Part shown: positions 57,638 through 62,060 of the stretch, piece by piece
How the letters are laid out: each line of letters begins with the position of its first letter
Position numbering within the stretch: position 1 is the stretch's first letter
Assembly (NCBI GenBank): GCA_020847765.1
Contig: JADLBJ010000035.1
Span: forward strand, 1 to 62,060
Reading direction: 5' to 3'
DNA from: Dehalococcoidia bacterium
GTDB taxonomy: Bacteria; Chloroflexota; Dehalococcoidia; Tepidiformales; Tepidiformaceae
DNA: 62,060 nt
The notes under the pieces: model-generated
Databases searched by the model: none
Told to the model about the DNA's origin: nothing
Seen by the model: only the letters and a program-made list of their open reading frames with translations
Position numbers and translations under genes: made by a program

Positions 57638-58741
57638 GTGCTGACTGTTCTCGCGATCATCGGCGCCGCCCTCGTCGGCAGCGCCGTCGCCTGGCTGTTG
57701 CTGCGTACGCGCGCCGCCCCGGCACCCGCGCAAACCGCCGGCCTGCAGGCCATCCAGATCCAGAACGCGGCCCTTGGCGAGCGCGTCGCGGCCGTCAACG
57801 ACCGGCTCGCGGCGCTCGAACGTCAGCAGCAGTCGCTCGGGGAGAGCCTCGGCCGCGTCGACAGCGGCTTAACGGCGACAGCGACCCTCGCCGGCGGCCT
57901 GCGCGAGACGGCGGAGAGCATTCGCGGCCAGCTGGCGACAGCGGGCGAGGGGCTTACCGCCCTGCGCGAGCAGGCACGCGCCCGCCAGGAGACGGAGGCG
58001 CGCACGGCCGCCGCGGTGGCGCGCCTCGAGCAGGTCATCGCCGGCAGCGCCGCCCGCGGTGCAGCAGGGGAGAACCTCGTCGAGGCCGTCTTTTCGCGCC
58101 TGCCCGCCGAATGGCAGCTGCGCGACTTCCGTCTCGGCAACCAGGTGTGCGAGTTCGCCCTCCGCCTGCCCAACGGCCTCGTCCTCCCCATCGACAGCAA
58201 GTGGCCGGCAACGGGGCTGCTCGAGCAGTTGCTCGCCGCCGAGGCGCCGGCCGAACGCCAGCGGCTCAAAGCGCAGCTCGAGACCGCCGTCGTCACAAAG
58301 GTGCGCGAGGCTAAGAAGTACGTTGACCCCGACCTTACACTTCCCTTTGCCGTCGCCGTCGTCCCCGACGCTGTCCTCGAGGCCTGCACAGGCGCCCAGG
58401 CAGAGGCCTTCGCGCTGAACGTCGTGCTCGTGAGCCACGGCATGTTCGTGCCCTACCTGCTGCTCGTCTTCCAGGTGGTGCTGCGAAACACGCGGGAGAT
58501 CGACCTGGAGCGCCTCGCCGCCACGCTCACCACCGCCGAGCAGGCAGTTCAGGAGCTCCAGGTCGAGGTCGAGCAACGCCTCTCCCGCGCCATCACGATG
58601 CTCGGCAACTCGCGCGACTCCCTCCGCTCCAGTGCGGCCGGGCTGCAGCGCCAGCTGGTCGCCCTTCGCCCCTACGCACCGGCCGCCGCGCCGACCCTTC
58701 TTCCAGACGCCTGTGCCAACCAGCTGCCCGGGGATAGTTGA
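57638..58741 (+). CDS. rmuC: RmuC-family DNA recombination protein
   Basis: An N-terminal TM helix is followed by a long coiled coil and then an RmuC-style nuclease-like core (GAAGENLVEAVFSRLP...FRLGNQVCEFALRLPNGLVLPIDSKWP). Confidence 0.75.
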   Translation: MLTVLAIIGAALVGSAVAWLLLRTRAAPAPAQTAGLQAIQIQNAALGERVAAVNDRLAALERQQQSLGESLGRVDSGLTATATLAGGLRETAESIRGQLATAGEGLTALREQARARQETEARTAAAVARLEQVIAGSAARGAAGENLVEAVFSRLPAEWQLRDFRLGNQVCEFALRLPNGLVLPIDSKWPATGLLEQLLAAEAPAERQRLKAQLETAVVTKVREAKKYVDPDLTLPFAVAVVPDAVLEACTGAQAEAFALNVVLVSHGMFVPYLLLVFQVVLRNTREIDLERLAATLTTAEQAVQELQVEVEQRLSRAITMLGNSRDSLRSSAAGLQRQLVALRPYAPAAAPTLLPDACANQLPGDS

Positions 58742-58797
58742 CAGCCGCTGTCCAAAGGCGTTCCCTATCCGGCCACCAGCCGATGGAGGTTCCCCTC

Positions 58798-59106
58798 ATG
58801 ATTGCCGAACGCCTCACCTTTCAGGCGAAATATGGCATGGGCGACGAGCTCGTCCGCCTCTTCCGCGAGATGGCACCCCGCCTGCGCCAGGCCGGGGTCG
58901 GCCCGGCCCGCGTCTACACTGACGCCACCGGGCAGATGTTCACCGTCCAGGTCGAAGCAGAGTACGCCGACTGGAATGCCTACGCGGCGGCGATGTCCTC
59001 CGAGCAGCAGATGTATGGACAGGCCGACTTCCAGCAATGGTTCCAGAAGATGACCGCCGTGACGGAGCGCGGCGAACGCCAGCTCTTCAACGTCGAGACC
59101 GTCTGA
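58798..59106 (+). CDS. Small alpha/beta-barrel-like hypothetical protein (NIPSNAP/Dabb style)
   Basis: ATG at 58798 follows GGAGG (58784-58788). The product is 102 aa. The family guess rests only on size and pattern. Confidence 0.5.
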   Translation: MIAERLTFQAKYGMGDELVRLFREMAPRLRQAGVGPARVYTDATGQMFTVQVEAEYADWNAYAAAMSSEQQMYGQADFQQWFQKMTAVTERGERQLFNVETV

Positions 59107-59108
59107 GC

Positions 59109-59612
59109 TCAGCCCGCCAGGCGCGCGCGCCGCTCGAGCACCTCGGCGAACGTTTCGCCAACGGCCCGCTCGAGCTGCTCAACATGAGCGGCGTCGTGCG
59201 CGGTCCACCCCTCGAGCAGCTGCGCCACGGTCAGCGCCGCGTCGTCGGGCGCCAGGCCGCGCCGGTCCCAGTCCTCTTCCCGCAGCCCGAGGAAGAGGGA
59301 GAGGCTGGCCTGCCGTTGGAGAGCGAAGTCGGCCAGGAGCAACTCCTTGCGGTCCCTGCTGCGGTTCCGGTCTCCCTCCCAGCGTGCGGGGCCAAGGAAG
59401 TGAAGGCGCGGCTGCTCCTCGGCGAGCATGCGCTCCAACGCGACCCGCATGTTGAGGAACTCCTCGTCCCGTAGGTGCGCGAGGATTGTGCGCGCCGACC
59501 ACTCGCCAACCGCGGCGGCGTCCAGCAGCGCCTCGTCGGCCTCGGCGACGAGGTGGGCGAGCATCCTGGGAGTGGCTGCAAACTGCTCGAGCAACGCCAC
59601 GCGCGCGTCCAT
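59109..59612 (-). CDS. DinB-family (four-helix bundle, metal-binding) protein
   Basis: His residues lie in the typical positions (ILAHLRDEE ... WTAHDAAHVEQL). The gene is convergent with the previous one across a 2-nt gap. Confidence 0.7.
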   Translation of the reverse strand: MDARVALLEQFAATPRMLAHLVAEADEALLDAAAVGEWSARTILAHLRDEEFLNMRVALERMLAEEQPRLHFLGPARWEGDRNRSRDRKELLLADFALQRQASLSLFLGLREEDWDRRGLAPDDAALTVAQLLEGWTAHDAAHVEQLERAVGETFAEVLERRARLAG

Positions 59613-59672
59613 CGAACCATTCTAAGACGGCCCGGCCGGCGCGTTCCGCGGCGGCCGCGCGCTGGCGTTAAG

Positions 59673-60560
59673 ATGTTGGCCATGATTGAACCACTCGCCC
59701 GTCGCATTCCCGGCGACGGAGTGACGCTGCAGGTCTACGAATGGCCCGGCGAGGACCCGCCGATCCTGCTCGTGCACGCGACCGGCTTCCACGCCCGTTG
59801 CTGGGATCAAGTGGTCGCGAGGCTGCCCGGGCGTCGGGTGGTCGCCCTCGACATGCGGGGTCACGGCCTCAGCGAAAAGCCCGAGCCGCCGTATTCGTGG
59901 CGCTCCTTCGGTGGCGACGTCGCCGCCGTCTGCCGGGCGCTCGGCCTGCGCGGCGCGATCGGCGTCGGTCACTCGAAGGGCGGCCACGCCGTGACACTCG
60001 CGGCCGCCCTGGCGCCCGGCACCTTCACCAGCCTGCTGTTGATAGACCCCGTCATCCTGGAGCCGCGTCTCTACCGTGGGCGGCCTCAGGGGGGCGAGCA
60101 CTTCGCCGCCCGACGCCGCGACCGCTGGGCGTCGCCGGCGGAGATGTTCGACCGTTTTCGCTCCCGCCCGCCCTTCGCCACCTGGGAACCGGCCGTGCTG
60201 CGCGACTATTGCGACTACGGCCTCGTGCCGGCCCCGGACGGCGACGGCTACGTGCTCGCCTGCCCGCCGCGCATCGAGGCCGCCGTCTATACCAGCGGCG
60301 GCAGCGACGCCGACATCTACGACGAGATCGCCGCCATCGACATCCCGGTGCGCATCATCCGGGCGCGCCAGCGAGAGGCCGGCGCGCCGGGCGACATGAG
60401 CCGCTCGCCCACGTATCCCGGCCTCGTGCGCCACTTCCCGAACGCCGAGGACCTCTACCTGCCGGACTATTCGCACTTCATCCCAATGGAGGCACCCACC
60501 TTCGTCGCCGGCCAGGTGCTCGAGCGAATCGCAGCCCTGGGGGACACCTGCAGCGTCTGA
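59673..60560 (+). CDS. Alpha/beta hydrolase
   Basis: Blocks are ILLVHATGFHARCW, the nucleophile elbow GVGHSKGGH, and a C-terminal HFIPMEAP. An alternative start lies at 59682. Confidence 0.85.
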   Translation: MLAMIEPLARRIPGDGVTLQVYEWPGEDPPILLVHATGFHARCWDQVVARLPGRRVVALDMRGHGLSEKPEPPYSWRSFGGDVAAVCRALGLRGAIGVGHSKGGHAVTLAAALAPGTFTSLLLIDPVILEPRLYRGRPQGGEHFAARRRDRWASPAEMFDRFRSRPPFATWEPAVLRDYCDYGLVPAPDGDGYVLACPPRIEAAVYTSGGSDADIYDEIAAIDIPVRIIRARQREAGAPGDMSRSPTYPGLVRHFPNAEDLYLPDYSHFIPMEAPTFVAGQVLERIAALGDTCSV

Positions 60561-60563
60561 AGG

Positions 60564-61781
60564 TTAGGTGCGCCCGCTCACCTGCTCGACAACGCCGCCA
60601 CGCACGAAGAGCCGCGGCAGCCGGCCCTGCAGCGACGCGAGCACGTCCCACGGTATGGTCCCGGCGGAGCGGGCCACCTCGTCGGCGGTAATCTGCTCGG
60701 ACCCCTGGCCCCCCAGCAGCACGACCTCGTCCCCCACCGCTGCCCCCGGCACGTCCGTCACGTCGCAGACGAATTGATCCATGCAGACGCGTCCCACGAT
60801 CGGGCAGCGCCTCCCGCCGACGAGCACCTCGCCGCAGTTGCCGAGCGACCGCCGCCAGCCGTCCGCATAGCCGACCGGCACCAGGCCGACGCGCGAGGGG
60901 CGCGCCGCGCGCCAGGTGAGCCCGTAGCTCACGCCCTCGCCCGTCGGTACGTCAGACACGCGCGCCAGCCTTGCCCGGAGCGACAGCACCGGCCGCACGC
61001 CGGGGTCGGGCGCGTTATTGGGGACGACACCGTGGAGCGCGAGCCCCACACGGACCCCGGCGTAGCGCAACTCCGGCCGGCGTAGCGCCGAGGCCGAGTT
61101 CGCGGCGTGGCGATAGACCACCCAGGGCAGGCGCCGCGCCGCTTCAGCGAAAAGCGCGTGCTGCTCGTCGGAGTAGGAGTCGTCCGCCTCGTCCGCGTTC
61201 GCCATGTGCGTGCTCAGCCCCTCGACGACGAGACCGGGCAGTTGGCGCGCAGCCTCCGCGATCGACACCGCCTCGTTGAGCGTCACCCCGTCGCGGTGGA
61301 GGCCGGAATCGACATGCACGTGCACGCGGGCTGCGGCCAGCCGCACCGTCGCCGCCGCGGAAAGCGCCCGGGCGAGCTCAAGGCTGTCCAGCGTCAACGT
61401 TATGTTGTGCACCACTGCCCGAGACGCCTCCCCGGGGTGCGCGTGCCCGAGCACCAGGATGGGGCGCCGGACGCCGATCTCGCGCAGCGCCAAGGCTTCA
61501 GCCACCAGGACGACAGCGAAGCGCTCGACGCCGGCAGCTTCCAGCGCCGGGACGACCCCCTCCACGCCGGCCCCATAGGCGTTCGCCTTGACCACTGCGA
61601 TCAGCTCGACGCCGGGCCCGACTGCCGCCCGGAGCGCGTGGACGTTCGCTCGGAGGGCGTCGAGATCGACCTCGAGCCAGCTGTTGAGGGTGCGCGTCGC
61701 GGTAGAGAGAGGCAGACCGCAGAGCGACTCGGCCCCGAGGAGCGCCAGAGCCGGGTCGGCAGAAGCGGTGAGGTCGGTCAC
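60564..61781 (-). CDS. alr: Alanine racemase
   Basis: The PLP-lysine block is AVVKANAYGAG. C-terminal blocks are VSYG, VPVGYADG and GRVCMDQ. Confidence 0.9.
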   Translation of the reverse strand: MTDLTASADPALALLGAESLCGLPLSTATRTLNSWLEVDLDALRANVHALRAAVGPGVELIAVVKANAYGAGVEGVVPALEAAGVERFAVVLVAEALALREIGVRRPILVLGHAHPGEASRAVVHNITLTLDSLELARALSAAATVRLAAARVHVHVDSGLHRDGVTLNEAVSIAEAARQLPGLVVEGLSTHMANADEADDSYSDEQHALFAEAARRLPWVVYRHAANSASALRRPELRYAGVRVGLALHGVVPNNAPDPGVRPVLSLRARLARVSDVPTGEGVSYGLTWRAARPSRVGLVPVGYADGWRRSLGNCGEVLVGGRRCPIVGRVCMDQFVCDVTDVPGAAVGDEVVLLGGQGSEQITADEVARSAGTIPWDVLASLQGRLPRLFVRGGVVEQVSGRT

Positions 61782-61856
61782 GCGGACTTAACCACCCGTT
61801 TCTCCCTCGGTAAAGCGCGTTTGGACGGTCGGATCCTCGCTGTTAGCATCGGACCG

Positions 61857-62060
61857 GTGCCAGCGAAACGCAATCTCGGCCGGCTCGCGGGCGGCCGGCG
61901 ACGAGCGCTGGCCGGGGCGACCGTCCTGGCCCTCGCCGCGGCTCTGACCGCCTGTTCGGGGAACACCCCCGCTGCCCCGCTGCCCTTCGCGCCCCCTGAG
62001 ATGGCCACGCCCACGCCGCCATTCGCCACCCCCTCGGCGACGGCGACGGCGACGGCGACC
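61857..62060 (+). CDS. Lipoprotein, 3' end cut by the window edge
   Basis: My own translation from the GTG at 61857 gives VPAKRNLGRLAGGRRRALAGATVLALAAALTACSGN (lipobox LTAC), then a Pro/Thr/Ala-rich linker. The frame is open to the window end. An in-frame TTG at 61821 is an alternative start. Confidence 0.5.
   Translation, partial: MPAKRNLGRLAGGRRRALAGATVLALAAALTACSGNTPAAPLPFAPPEMATPTPPFATPSATATATAT
62037..62060 (+). repeat. Hexanucleotide tandem repeat (GCGACG) x3 plus a partial unit, encoding (Ala-Thr)n
   Basis: This is a direct reading of the last 24 nt. It lies inside the lipoprotein linker. Confidence 0.8.

Overview
This is a high-GC bacterial chromosomal window. GGAGG Shine-Dalgarno sites, many 4-nt start/stop overlaps and Pro/Thr/Ala-rich linkers in exported proteins suggest Chloroflexota or Actinomycetota, but that is only an inference. 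I support about 60 protein genes and found no rRNA, tRNA, CRISPR array, transposase or integrase. Most of the content is housekeeping: thrB, purF, purM, pdxT and pdxS, alr, and a tightly coupled six-gene pentose-phosphate operon (tkt-rpiB-tal/pgi fusion-gnd-zwf-pgl). There is also an ABC-F ATPase, a peptide-type ABC importer (binding protein plus two permeases), an MsbA-like exporter, a KimA-family K+ transporter, a rhomboid protease, a CHASE3-PAS histidine kinase, a vapBC pair next to rmuC, and several exported proteins (DsbA, S8 peptidase, cupredoxin lipoprotein, CAP-domain protein). I see no clear novel multi-gene system. The least ordinary region is a minus-strand locus at 19539-21677. It has a LuxR-type HTH gene running into a TM helix, a roughly 450-bp low-GC island encoding a Tyr/Asn-rich ORF broken across reading frames, and a membrane-anchored beta-rich protein interrupted by one in-frame TAG. 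Other points worth a second look are a duplicated ~95-nt upstream block in front of two adjacent secreted-protein genes, a long leader plus a 2-TM micro-ORF upstream of kimA, and a single-chain ECF sigma/ZAS anti-sigma fusion. Many long Arg/Pro/Gly-rich ORFs in the six-frame track are antisense shadows of real genes and were discarded. All product calls come from motif recognition by eye, not from database searches.
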